Shown: positions 54,546-64,000 of the stretch, in pieces
Position numbering within the stretch: the first letter of the stretch is position 1
Layout of the letters: each line of letters begins with the position of its first letter
NCBI GenBank assembly: GCA_002811645.1
Contig: PDIP01000021.1
Coordinates: forward strand, 232,040 to 296,039
Origin: Corallochytrium limacisporum Hawaii
Taxonomy: Eukaryota; Protista; Pluriformea
Direction: 5' to 3'
Length of the DNA: 64,000 nt
Position numbers and translations under genes: made by a program
Notes under the pieces: generated by a model
The model's database searches: none
Told to the model about the DNA's origin: nothing
Seen by the model: the letters and a program-made list of their open reading frames with translations, nothing else

Positions 54546-55100
54546 ATGGACATGTTTAAGGGATGGTTCAATTCTGAGGCGCGGGACAGCATGTTTGGGG
54601 GCCATATACCGCCCCAAATGATCTGCGGATGTGATCTCAATCGGCCAGCCCCGGCTCCGCAGAGGTCTGCATACATTCAGGATGTCAGTGCATCTTTTGC
54701 ATTGCTCAAGGATGAAAAAGAGCTCACGGCGAGATACTCATGGCTAGTCGACGTCAAACGGGATGCCCTGACCGAGACTGCATTTATCGAGGCTGAGTTT
54801 GAGAATCCTGAACCAGGACAGAGGCCAGTGTTTGCCAAAGGAAACCGTATTGAGGGACAAAAAGTTCCCAAGGGTTATGTACGATATTACTTTATTAGCG
54901 AACCAGTAACCGGATTCCGTTGCAAAAACTATGGGATGACCGCCAAGCTTTACACAGACCACAGCAGGCTGAATAGTGTGGACAAACATCATTCTGAGGT
55001 AGCATCATACTTTGATAACACACAGTGCAGTACAGATGAGTTCCTGGATGCCATGTCACGGATAGATGACTGGAGGGAGCGTGAAGGTGAAAAGTCATAA
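54546..55100 (+). CDS. Hypothetical protein (184 aa), family not recognised
   Basis: Globular-looking composition, divergent from MRPL33, convergent with the decarboxylase, AT-rich 3' flank as in neighbouring genes. Confidence 0.7.
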   Translation: MDMFKGWFNSEARDSMFGGHIPPQMICGCDLNRPAPAPQRSAYIQDVSASFALLKDEKELTARYSWLVDVKRDALTETAFIEAEFENPEPGQRPVFAKGNRIEGQKVPKGYVRYYFISEPVTGFRCKNYGMTAKLYTDHSRLNSVDKHHSEVASYFDNTQCSTDEFLDAMSRIDDWREREGEKS

Positions 55101-55268
55101 GGATACACTATGCACACGATGGAAAGGCAAAATTTCGGTGCAATTAGAGGTATATTAAGAATTACGATGAGATTCAAACCTGCTGGATTATATGATGTTT
55201 TGATACTTTTGGAGATATTTTTGTGATGATAGTCAATAAGACTAAGAAACTACGCGAGTGCGACAAAT

Positions 55269-56936
55269 TCACTTCTGCTGCTTGGTAAGAAACTCCTCAG
55301 AGAGGATCTCAACCTCGTCCAGGAACTGATCGAGATCGATCTTTTCGCAGATGTCGGAGTGCACAATCATGCGCCACATGTTGAGACCCCCGATCGGCTG
55401 GTAATTGCACATGGTTGTACCGCGTTCCATCATACGACGTTTGACATAGGGCGGCACTTGGTTTATCAAATCCTTGACCTTCTCCTGGTCATCGATATCC
55501 CGCCACGCCTTGGGCGTGTAGACAAAGCAAGTGTTCAAGTATAGAGGTCGCTCCAACAGAGTGAAGCCATCCCGTGCCTCCACCTGATCCGCCAGATATT
55601 GGGTCAGAGCGTAGGCACGATCGATGTGGGCAGCCATACCGTTATCACCGCGAGCCATCCATTGCAGCCAGAGGCGGAATACATCGACCTTGCGACCACA
55701 TTGCAAAGACTTGTCACCTGAATCCAAGTGTACTGGGTAATCGTCCTTGTCCTTCTGGAACAGGTAGGTGGCGTTGGTGCTGTTCTGCTCGGACATGATG
55801 CCCCTGTGCTTGGTGACCATAACGGAGCACTGCTGCGAGATGCTGAGAGTCTTGTGAGCCGACCAGCTGAGACTGTCCATCTTCTCGATACCTTTAATCA
55901 GATGGCGCAACTTCTGGCTCAGCAGAGTGGCACCTCCCCAAGCGGCATCGACATGTCCCCACATGCCTTCCCGGTCCTTGATTGCTGCAATGGCTTCAAG
56001 ATCATCAAAAGCGCCCTTCACCGTGGTGCCTGAGGTTGCCATGACCAGGAAAGGGCGAGCACCGTCGTCTTTGGCCTTCTGGATACTGGCCTCCAGGGCT
56101 TCCGGTATAATGTTGCCGCTCTGATCGCAATCAACCAGGTAAATGCTGTCCGTACCGAATCCCAGGAAGAAGGATGCCTTCTTGATGCTGTAATGGGCCT
56201 GACGGCTGGCAAAGATGGCCAGTCGGGCACCGGTCATGCCGACCTTACGCAGGTTCGGGTCGAACCAGTGGCGGGCCGTGTGGATTGCCAGGAAGTTGCT
56301 AAAGGAACCGCCCGGGTTGAAGATACCGTCGCTGGTCTCAGGGTCCCATCCACACAGGCCAGTAATCTTCTTAATAACCTCCTGTTCCATCATCACAAAA
56401 ATGGGGGCCATTTCATAGGTGTACATGCTTGTGTTCAGTACCGCGGTCAGCCAGTCACCGGCAAGGCTGAGGGGGTCCAGGCCAGCGAAGAGCTGGTTGT
56501 GGAAGCGGCGGTGTCCACTCTTGACACTGTTCTGTGCGATAGTGTCCATTACCTTAAGCATTTCGTCGATTGGAGTACCGTCTGTTTTCAAATCCAGGCT
56601 GAGCTTGGCCAGCAACTGATCGGGATTCTTGTAGCGGGTCACCGGAGTGCTGGAGTCCCGTCCCTCTACCATAACCTTCACTCCCATTTCTGCTACGGTG
56701 CGAAGGAACAGGCTGAGAAGCTCGTTGGATTTCTCTGAGTTGAATGCAATGTCTTCGTGCTTAATCCCGCGAAACTTCTCCCATTGTGAGTCCTGGAGCA
56801 AGGCGCGCGGGGAGTTTGGTTTCGTCATAGGTGCAACATGATTTGTAGCACCGTTCCCACTGGCAGCTGCAGCAGCCGCGGCCGGCCCGGCCTCTGCCTG
56901 AGCCATGTTAGCCCGAATCTGATCGTAAGGACCCAT
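55269..56936 (-). CDS. CSAD: Group II PLP-dependent decarboxylase, CSAD/GADL1-type
   Basis: GHRRFHNQLF, NTSMYTYEMAP, GIFNPGGS, AHYSIKK, GTTVKGAFD, HVDAAWGG, PLP lysine in WSAHK, YLFQKDK, GDKSLQCGRKVD; F-x19-S-x-Y selectivity motif. Confidence 0.85.
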   Translation of the reverse strand: MGPYDQIRANMAQAEAGPAAAAAAASGNGATNHVAPMTKPNSPRALLQDSQWEKFRGIKHEDIAFNSEKSNELLSLFLRTVAEMGVKVMVEGRDSSTPVTRYKNPDQLLAKLSLDLKTDGTPIDEMLKVMDTIAQNSVKSGHRRFHNQLFAGLDPLSLAGDWLTAVLNTSMYTYEMAPIFVMMEQEVIKKITGLCGWDPETSDGIFNPGGSFSNFLAIHTARHWFDPNLRKVGMTGARLAIFASRQAHYSIKKASFFLGFGTDSIYLVDCDQSGNIIPEALEASIQKAKDDGARPFLVMATSGTTVKGAFDDLEAIAAIKDREGMWGHVDAAWGGATLLSQKLRHLIKGIEKMDSLSWSAHKTLSISQQCSVMVTKHRGIMSEQNSTNATYLFQKDKDDYPVHLDSGDKSLQCGRKVDVFRLWLQWMARGDNGMAAHIDRAYALTQYLADQVEARDGFTLLERPLYLNTCFVYTPKAWRDIDDQEKVKDLINQVPPYVKRRMMERGTTMCNYQPIGGLNMWRMIVHSDICEKIDLDQFLDEVEILSEEFLTKQQK

Positions 56937-57679
56937 ATTGGTTGAGTGTGTCTACTGTGGTTATTTGTAAGGGTCCTAAACTATGGTATGCGTGTTGTGC
57001 GAACCGTCGGATCTGGATGCTCTCTGTGGAAGCCAAGACTACGAGAGAATGACTAGCTCTATGATTAGGGTCTGGCCCAACGTCCCCCGGTCATTCCCTT
57101 AGTTCCCCTAACGAAATAGTTGCATCAACTGAACAAAACAACCACCAGGGCTTCAATCCAAGCACAGTATCCCGATGCACACTCAACGAAACGCGCACAG
57201 AGAGACAACGGACGCAAAACGCCCGCAAGCACGCAGAGACACGTACCACTGCCAACAGCAGCACGGGGCGATTGCACCCCCCTTCCGGACCCCCCACCAC
57301 CCCACACCACCCCTCTCTTTTTTTCCACGCAGGCACTGGGGTCCGCCCCCCCATACCGGACATACTTCCGATTGTTCTCGTCTGTCTCTCCACTCTCGCA
57401 GTTTTTCTCTCAGGGGGGAGACACCCCGGGGAAAGACCAAAGGGCAGAGCGAGAGAGAGAGAGAGTGAGTGTGTGTGGAGGAGGGGTTTCTATTTTTTTT
57501 TGTAGTCGAAAACTGCAGCGGCGTTGGGACCCAATAATCCCTTTTCCGGACTTTTTCTTTCCGCTGTTTTCCTTTTTCTTTCTATGGCATCCTCTCGTCC
57601 TATCCCAGCGCGCAACGTGCACAACCTCCCCACTCCTCCGCTCGCTCTCTCTCTCTCTCTCAGAGCTCACTCCGCAGAC

Positions 57680-57745
57680 AGAGAGAGAGAGAGAAAGCGC
57701 AGAAAAAAAAGAAAAGAGAGAGAGAGAGAGAGAAAGCGCAGAAAA
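57680..57745 (+). repeat. 27-bp direct repeat (AG)7AAAGCGCAGAAAA x2
   Basis: Copies at 57680-57706 and 57719-57745. Confidence 0.85.
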
Positions 57746-58363
57746 TTAAAAGGGAAAGAGAGAGAAGAGAGCGACAGGGAGGGAGAAAGGGCCCGTCTTG
57801 ACTGTTCGGGGTCGGAAGAAAGAGTCCGCGTACTGAAAAGTGCACATGCACATGCTATGCCTCGTGATGGTACTTCCCCTACCTCCTCCTCCCCCCATGC
57901 AAACCTCCCCCAGTGCATTCCCTCATTCGATCACGCTCCGAACACCTCCGCTACAACCATCGACGTCACGCACTGATAGCGAACGCACGGACTGATTCGT
58001 ATTTGGATTGGCGTATGTGAGCGACCATAACCGTCTGTGAATGGTCGGTCCGTACCATCTTTTTCTGTACTTTTTTTTTCTTTTCCTTTTTTTTTTAGTA
58101 GAAAGTTTCTGGTGCTTGGCTCTCTCTGTGCTCTCTCTCTCTCTCTCTCCCGCGCGCGCGCACGATCTGGTACCGCTCTTTGTGTGTGCAGTACAGGTGC
58201 CTCTCTTCGTGTCTCTCTGGTCGCGCTGTGTCTTCGTCTCCTCTGTGCCTGAGGGTCTTCGGGAGCAAAATATAAAAACCAAAAGGGCAAAAGGGAATTT
58301 CTATTTACTTAAATATCAGAGAAAAATAGGAAAGTACGAGAGAAACACCAAAAAAAAGGGCAC

Positions 58364-58404
<41 letters not shown>

Positions 58405-59242
58405 TTTCCGAGATCGGTTGTAAGCGGCGGTTGGTATTCGATGGCTAGCAAAACTTCAACAGAAAAAGAAAAAGGAAGAAGAAATTCCTTTTTTCTTCCT
58501 CTCTCCGCCGTATTTCAATGTTTCATTGAAACGGTGGTGCCGTGGCTTTCTGGGAGGAGGGAGGAGAGACAGAGAGAGACACAGTGGGAGAGAGAGAAGG
58601 AGGAGGGGGGAAGGACGGGATAGAGCGGAAATGTTAGGCATGTGTGCGAGTGTTTTGTTTATCTCTTGATATACAAAACGTTCCATCGCTGATCGTCTCA
58701 CTCTTTCCCTTCCCCTTTCCGTCCTCTCTTCCCGATCTTTGCCCCCCCCCCCTCCCCTCCTTCCCTTCTCCTCGCCGTTACTGCCACTTTCATCGCCCGT
58801 TTGGATCGGCGGAGGGTTTTTCCCGTGCTTTCTGTACCTCCGCGGTGCGTGTGAGAAAAAAATTTTCTCAAGTTTCCTTTCAGACCGCTTTCTCTTCGAA
58901 ACAGTTCAGACTTTTTGACTACCGAAATCCAAGGGCACCCAGACAAATAACCGAAAGAGGTCGCGATGAGCACAGGGCCCCAACAAGCACAACCACCGAT
59001 TTTTTTTGCCTGTTGCCATCACTCCGCCGGTACTGGCCTAACCTCGTCTTCCCCTCCTGTGCGGATCGTTGCGGTGAGGGTGAGCCCCGCCTTTGCATAC
59101 TTTTTCTTTGCGATCTCGGACCCGGCGGATGGAGGATGGACCCACTGTGTTACCCAACCACTCCCCTGACCCCCTGGAAAGGAGGAGAGGTGGGTCCGGG
59201 CTAATTTCAGCAGTTTTTTCCGGAACCGGAGACTCACAGCGC

Positions 59243-59277
<35 letters not shown>

Positions 59278-60847
59278 ACTGAGAGTGTGTATGGGAGAGT
59301 GACTAAGAGAGATTGAGGAGAGTGAGGGAGAGAATTTGGGGAGTTTGGGGGGGGGGGCACGAGGTAGATGCGTGTGTTGGTTGGTTGGGTTGACGGCGAC
59401 GAAGGGTCTGTGTTGCGGGGTGTTGCGTAATCTGGTTGTCGCGTGTTGCAGGGAGAGAGGGAGAGAGCAAAAAGGGGGGGGTGGGCGGTGGCTTACGACG
59501 ATTGCGTCGTTTTGGTCTTTTTTTGTACGCGTGTGTGTGATGATGAAGCTGGTTTAGGGGTATAAAAGGTATTACTTCGCTCTCATACTTTTGCCGTGAT
59601 CTACATCGTTTCTTCCTTTGGGACGTGCGCTTCCCTTTCGGAGCGCGCCGTGTCGAATGGTGGTGTCTGGTCAATGGGACCGCCCCCTCGACCTTGCCCC
59701 TACTTTGTACGTGGTGGTGTGCCTGGAGGTACACTACACATCACTGCCTTTCTATTGTAGAGTTCTTTAGATCATCACCGCCATGATGGTTCCTTACTGC
59801 TTTGTTTTCCGTTTTATCAGTCTTTCCGTTTTGCCCATAAACAGATGGCATCTCAAATGTCCGATCTCACCCGCCGACCGGAGGGAAGGGAGTGTGAGGA
59901 AGAGAGAGAGAGAGAGAGAGAGAGAGAAAATGGCACAAAGGTGTTGGAAAGATAAAAGAAGAGAGCCCGGAAGCTTTGCAGGCGCGAAAGAATGGGGCCG
60001 TAAGAGTGGAAACGCGCGGCAAGGGAAGAGGGCCATCGAAGCAGTCAATCGCCGCAAAACAGTCCGGAACGGGACTGGAAGTGAGGATAGAAGGAAAAAC
60101 ATGGAAGGCGAGAAAGAAAAAAACGAAAAAGTAACAAAGTCAAGAAAATACCGGAGTCGAGCGCACACGCTGACGCGAGCGTGAGGAAAGCCAGAACGAG
60201 GGGAGTGAGAATGAGAGTAGGAAGAGGTAGAAAGTGGAGAGAGTGTTTCAGTACAAGATAAAAGGCCGCAAGAAAAAAAAAAAGAGAGAGGGAGGGAGGA
60301 GGGGTGAGGGCACTTTCATTGCGCGCCCTCGACAGGATCCCCCGAGCTTTTTTTTTTCTCTCCTCTTCCCCTCTCCTCCCTCTCCCTCTCGCCTCTCTTG
60401 CGTCTCAGTGGCCCAGCTTCTCCATATAGATTCAACCGTGCACGACCGAACCCGAAGGGGTAAAAGTCCTTTTCCTTCCTTTCTTCATAAATTATCAAAA
60501 ACTCCCTCGCTTGTCCAAAAACTTTCACACTCCCAGAACCGTTCACGAAAAAGTCCAAAAAAGCAGAAGAAAGCGTACTAAGAGAAAAAAACAAACGAAG
60601 CATAGCGCGGCTCTGTGTTCTTCGGCTGTCCGGCACCAATGTCCGTGACCGATGCGCGACCCAAGGAGAGCAAAGAAAGTCTCCGCACAACACCCAATTC
60701 ACTATAAAAAGAATGTTTCTTTGTTTTCCATTGTTTCCATATTTTCCTTTATAGTTTCTTCTCTTTCTTGTTTTCCCTTCTCTTTTTTTTTTTTTTTTTG
60801 GTTTCCACTCGCGTTCTCCGACCTCACCACCTGCTCGGTTCAAGCGC

Positions 60848-60892
60848 GTGTGTGTGTGTGTGGTGGTGGTGGTGGTGGTGTGTGTGTGTGTG
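60848..60892 (+). repeat. Compound (GT)n-(GGT)n-(GT)n microsatellite
   Basis: Read directly. Confidence 0.9.
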
Positions 60893-60916
60893 AGGGTCCT
60901 TGGCGAGACAAAGTGG

Positions 60917-60952
<36 letters not shown>

Positions 60953-62096
60953 AGGTTACCGCGGGGCGGCCCGGATTGCTGACCGCCGCTCTGGTTGCCC
61001 AGCGGGGGAGGGGGGGACGGGCTGCGGAAGCGTGTGTCAGCTGACCGATGATGGTTCGGTTGGGGTCTCTGTTTATAGAAAATGAACTGGCTATTTCTAC
61101 AGGAATTTTGCAATCCCACCGGGCAGTGCGCGTGATGCGACTGTGGGACACCCCAAACTTCAGCCCGGAGTTGTCGGGTCAGCGGTGTGGCAGAGAGCAA
61201 AAGAGAGATCGGCCCAGTGCCGTTTCACTTCGGCTAAAGCGCGACAGCCGGCAAACCGCCCCAAAACTTCAGTACTTTCAAGCCCACCAGCGACGTTGCA
61301 AATGGCCGGGGTGGGGGGGGGGGTTGGAGAGCGGAGGAGAGGGCGCGGAGGGGGAAGGGGTTTGGGTGTGCGTCCCTTGCGGTGGTGGTGTTCACGCCGC
61401 CAGGGTGTTTCGGCTAAGCTCACCTTGGCAGTGCCGAAGGTCACAGCACACAAGGCACCGGGTACCCCTGGTCCTGAGATGGCTCTGTGACTTCCTGTGG
61501 TGTGGTATGGCATGGTCGAAGAAGTCTTCCGATCAACTCTTCTCGCAAATTGGCAGGATGTCAATGTTGCAGTAGGTGGCACCGCGCCTTCTGCTGATCA
61601 CACACCGGACGATGCGGTCTGTTACCGGGGAATGTGTGCCGGGCTTGGCGCTAAATATAGGTGCTACTCTTAGGGGAATGGAGCAGCAGCGTGCCAACAA
61701 AGAGCCCCAAAATGAAGCCGATCGAATTGGCCCGTCACATGAACACGTACTACTGCATGAGAATGGGTGTCCATTGGTATTGTGTTAGATGCCCAGTTAA
61801 GGTTCAATGGCAGCGCTATCGTTTGCACCTCGTGGAAGTCTGAATATGGCTGTGTACTGAATATACTGACCAGTGCGCTAGTATTAACGGGCCTGAGGTT
61901 GGAACACCCCCACCTTGTATAGTGAATGTACCGGTTGCTGCTTGCACCGAGGGAGAGACACCGCAAGTGACAAAAACATTGCTTCATTTTATTGATTTGT
62001 AGTGTGTTGAGGAGCTAAGGGTAAAACCCAGTTAGAGAGAACATGCTAAACGGTTTCGGGTGCTGTCGGGCTGGGCACTCTCTTTTTTCACGCCGC

Positions 62097-63413
62097 CTAC
62101 GACAGTTTGTGGGCCTTACGATACAGAGAGTCAACAACCCGTCCCATCTCTGCAACGGTCTTCAGGGAAGCCTCGTAGGTCTTGTCGGTCTCAGTCTCAT
62201 CGTAAATGATCAGGCATCCGGCGCCCTGATCGAGAATACCGTTCAGTTTCTTGTCCAGAATCATCTGAGACAATTTTGCCTCAATCATCTTTTGCTCGAG
62301 GTCAATGAGCTCGGCAATGTGTGAGATCTCTACGCGCACAAAAGGTTCGATAATGCGCTGCAGGTTCTGTTCTTGCATGGTGTCGTACAGGGAGTTCAAA
62401 TGGTTCTTGACAATATCATCCCCCTGGATCTGTTGAGGGTAGGTCTGTTCCACAACGATACGAAACTCATCAAGGCTACGATCTGTCTGGGCTTTGGCAA
62501 TGGCCTTCATGGCATCAATGTCATCACCCTGGTACTTGAGGGCCAGCTTTCCTTGCATCACACCCGCCACATCCTCCGGAATGTTCAACATAACCTTGCA
62601 GAGCAACATGTACTTCAACGCCTGGATGGCAGCAGGATCATCAACACTGTCATATCCCTCAAAGGCTTCATAGAAGTAACTGAAAGAGGTCTTAAAGTCA
62701 CGTTCCTCGGCGTGGAGGATTCCACTGTGGATGTCCAAACTGGCCTGCAGACGAGGTGGGCAATAGATGGCATTTCCAGCAGTACGCGCGGTGGTCAGTG
62801 CAGCACGGGCCTTGGGAATGTTTCCCAGTCTGTGGTAGATCTTGGACTCCAGCAGCTGAACTTCGACCAACAGGCCCTTGTCGTCCAGCTTCTTGATCTC
62901 CTTCATGAGCTCCGTTGAATGCTTGAGTGCATCCTGTAGCCGTTCCGCCTTGAACATTAGTGCGATCAAGCGGCAGTCCAGGGCCTGCCGCAAATATGTA
63001 CGTTTTTCCGTCTTCGCCCACTCGATGCATTCTTCTACCATGTCAATCGCTTTGGAGGTGTCCGCGTTCATGTCCAAGAAGAAATCGACCTGGGCACGGA
63101 CGAGCTTAGCAGCGCGTGCCTTGGACAGCTGCTGCAGCAGGGGACGTGTTTCTTTAACAAGCTTGAGCAACTCATTGACTTTCTTCTGATGGGAATAGGA
63201 CTCGCTAAGCAGGTACATGGCCTGCTCCTTTTCACGCAACGCCTGCATCTCTCCGTCACCTACCTGCCTGGCGATGATGCTCTTCAGAATCTTCTCCGCT
63301 TCCTTAACATTGCCCGCCTTTCGCGCTTCTTCGGCTCTTTCTAGTTCCGTTGGAGGACGATCAACCTCCATGGCTGCAGGTGCCGTGGCCGTTCCTGTCG
63401 CTGGGGGTGTCAT
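62097..63413 (-). CDS. PSMD11: 26S proteasome lid subunit Rpn6
   Basis: SKARAAKLVR, LDDKGLLVEVQLLESK, ARAALTTARTAGNAIYCPP, SYFYEAFEGY, KLSQMILDKK and PCI domain. Confidence 0.98.
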   Translation of the reverse strand: MTPPATGTATAPAAMEVDRPPTELERAEEARKAGNVKEAEKILKSIIARQVGDGEMQALREKEQAMYLLSESYSHQKKVNELLKLVKETRPLLQQLSKARAAKLVRAQVDFFLDMNADTSKAIDMVEECIEWAKTEKRTYLRQALDCRLIALMFKAERLQDALKHSTELMKEIKKLDDKGLLVEVQLLESKIYHRLGNIPKARAALTTARTAGNAIYCPPRLQASLDIHSGILHAEERDFKTSFSYFYEAFEGYDSVDDPAAIQALKYMLLCKVMLNIPEDVAGVMQGKLALKYQGDDIDAMKAIAKAQTDRSLDEFRIVVEQTYPQQIQGDDIVKNHLNSLYDTMQEQNLQRIIEPFVRVEISHIAELIDLEQKMIEAKLSQMILDKKLNGILDQGAGCLIIYDETETDKTYEASLKTVAEMGRVVDSLYRKAHKLS

Positions 63414-64000
63414 GCTGAATTGTTTTTCTATTTGTTCGGTTCAGTCTATCCAGTTGAGACAATAACAAACCCCGCAATTAAAACTTAAAATTGTGGAAAT
63501 TTCGAAACTAATTCCGTCTGATCATTTTGAGTACCATACTAAAGATTGGAGGATCCCATAAAATAGCCTTGGAAACATGTTGCTACGCAGGGTCACAATT
63601 ATCGGACGTTTCGGTGTTTTGCCATCTGGCTTACGGGAGTGGCTGCTTTTCCATTGTTTGCAGGGAAGGGCCCCCCCCAGGGGGGGGGCGCCAAACCTTC
63701 CCGACGCTTTGCCCTCTCGCCTACCCTTCTTCAAGCTTAAACACAGAAGACAGACAGAACAGACACAGTCCCTCTCTCTCGCTTTCGCTCTGCGCCCAGG
63801 CACACAGAAGCACGGAAGCAAAACACCGCTCCAGACAACAAACGTCCCTACGCAGCACAAGACCGGTGTGGGAGTGGGGGGGTACCACTTTGACTGCGAA
63901 TGAAGGGAGTCCCCCGGCTTTCCCACTTTTTCTTCCCCACCCTCTCACTTTTTTTGGGGGATATCGCCTCTCTCTCTCCCCCCCCCCCCCCCCCCCCCCC

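Larger units (their letters stand above)
57451..60949. repeat. Field of (GA)n/(CT)n microsatellites
   Basis: Tracts at about 57451-57465, 57645-57661, 57680-57693, 57715-57733, 58132-58149, 58367-58400, 59243-59267, 59902-59926 and 60922-60949. Confidence 0.95.

Noticed and set aside
55269-56936. Calling the decarboxylase GAD and proposing a GABA-NKCC proto-neuronal module
   Set aside because: Selectivity residues are CSAD-type and the two genes are about 17 kb apart with unrelated genes between them.
57091-61843. ORFs rich in RERERE, LSLSLS or THTHT (e.g. 60316-61200, 294 aa; 57120-57749)
   Set aside because: Translations of microsatellite and low-complexity DNA that lacks stop codons for compositional reasons.
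387-63948. The many 60-230 aa ORFs overlapping the called genes in other frames or strands
   Set aside because: Shadow ORFs of real CDSs; no recognisable motifs, and many start at non-ATG codons.
1-64000. CRISPR arrays, transposons, rRNA, snRNA, telomeric arrays, TPP riboswitch
   Set aside because: No repeat-spacer periodicity, transposase/RT/integrase motifs, terminal repeats or diagnostic RNA signatures seen by eye; an Rfam scan would be needed to exclude divergent RNAs.

Overview
Gene-dense eukaryotic nuclear DNA; no CRISPR array, recognisable transposon or RNA gene. I can support 25 protein-coding genes, and every CDS reads as one uninterrupted ORF, including an 8-kb ATR. In order: TIM44 (3'-truncated), NSA2, an ARNT/BMAL-like bHLH-PAS factor, ATR, a C22orf39/EMI1-like protein, a DUF3605/Gig1-like protein, PIH1D2, SETD8/KMT5A, a chimaerin (SH2-C1-RhoGAP), PYURF, WDR61/Ski8, EXOSC3, COQ3, an NKCC-type SLC12 transporter, AAMP/Sqt1, PGP, UFD1, an SDR, a PNRC/Edc1-like protein, NF-YC, PNO1, MRPL33, an orphan, a CSAD-type PLP decarboxylase and PSMD11. 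Animal-type genes in intronless CDSs suggest an intron-poor unicellular holozoan (Corallochytrium is my best guess; inference only). The main unexplained signal is that many 5' leaders carry spliceosomal donor/acceptor pairs, some parseable as 22-30 nt micro-introns, while the CDSs have none. Other leads: a head-to-head Ski8/Rrp40 pair flanked by PYURF and COQ3, a natural DFN->DWN change in the ATR activation loop, altered short motifs in SETD8, PNRC and chimaerin, and several multi-kb ORF-free regions, one packed with (GA)n repeats. One 205-nt assembly gap.
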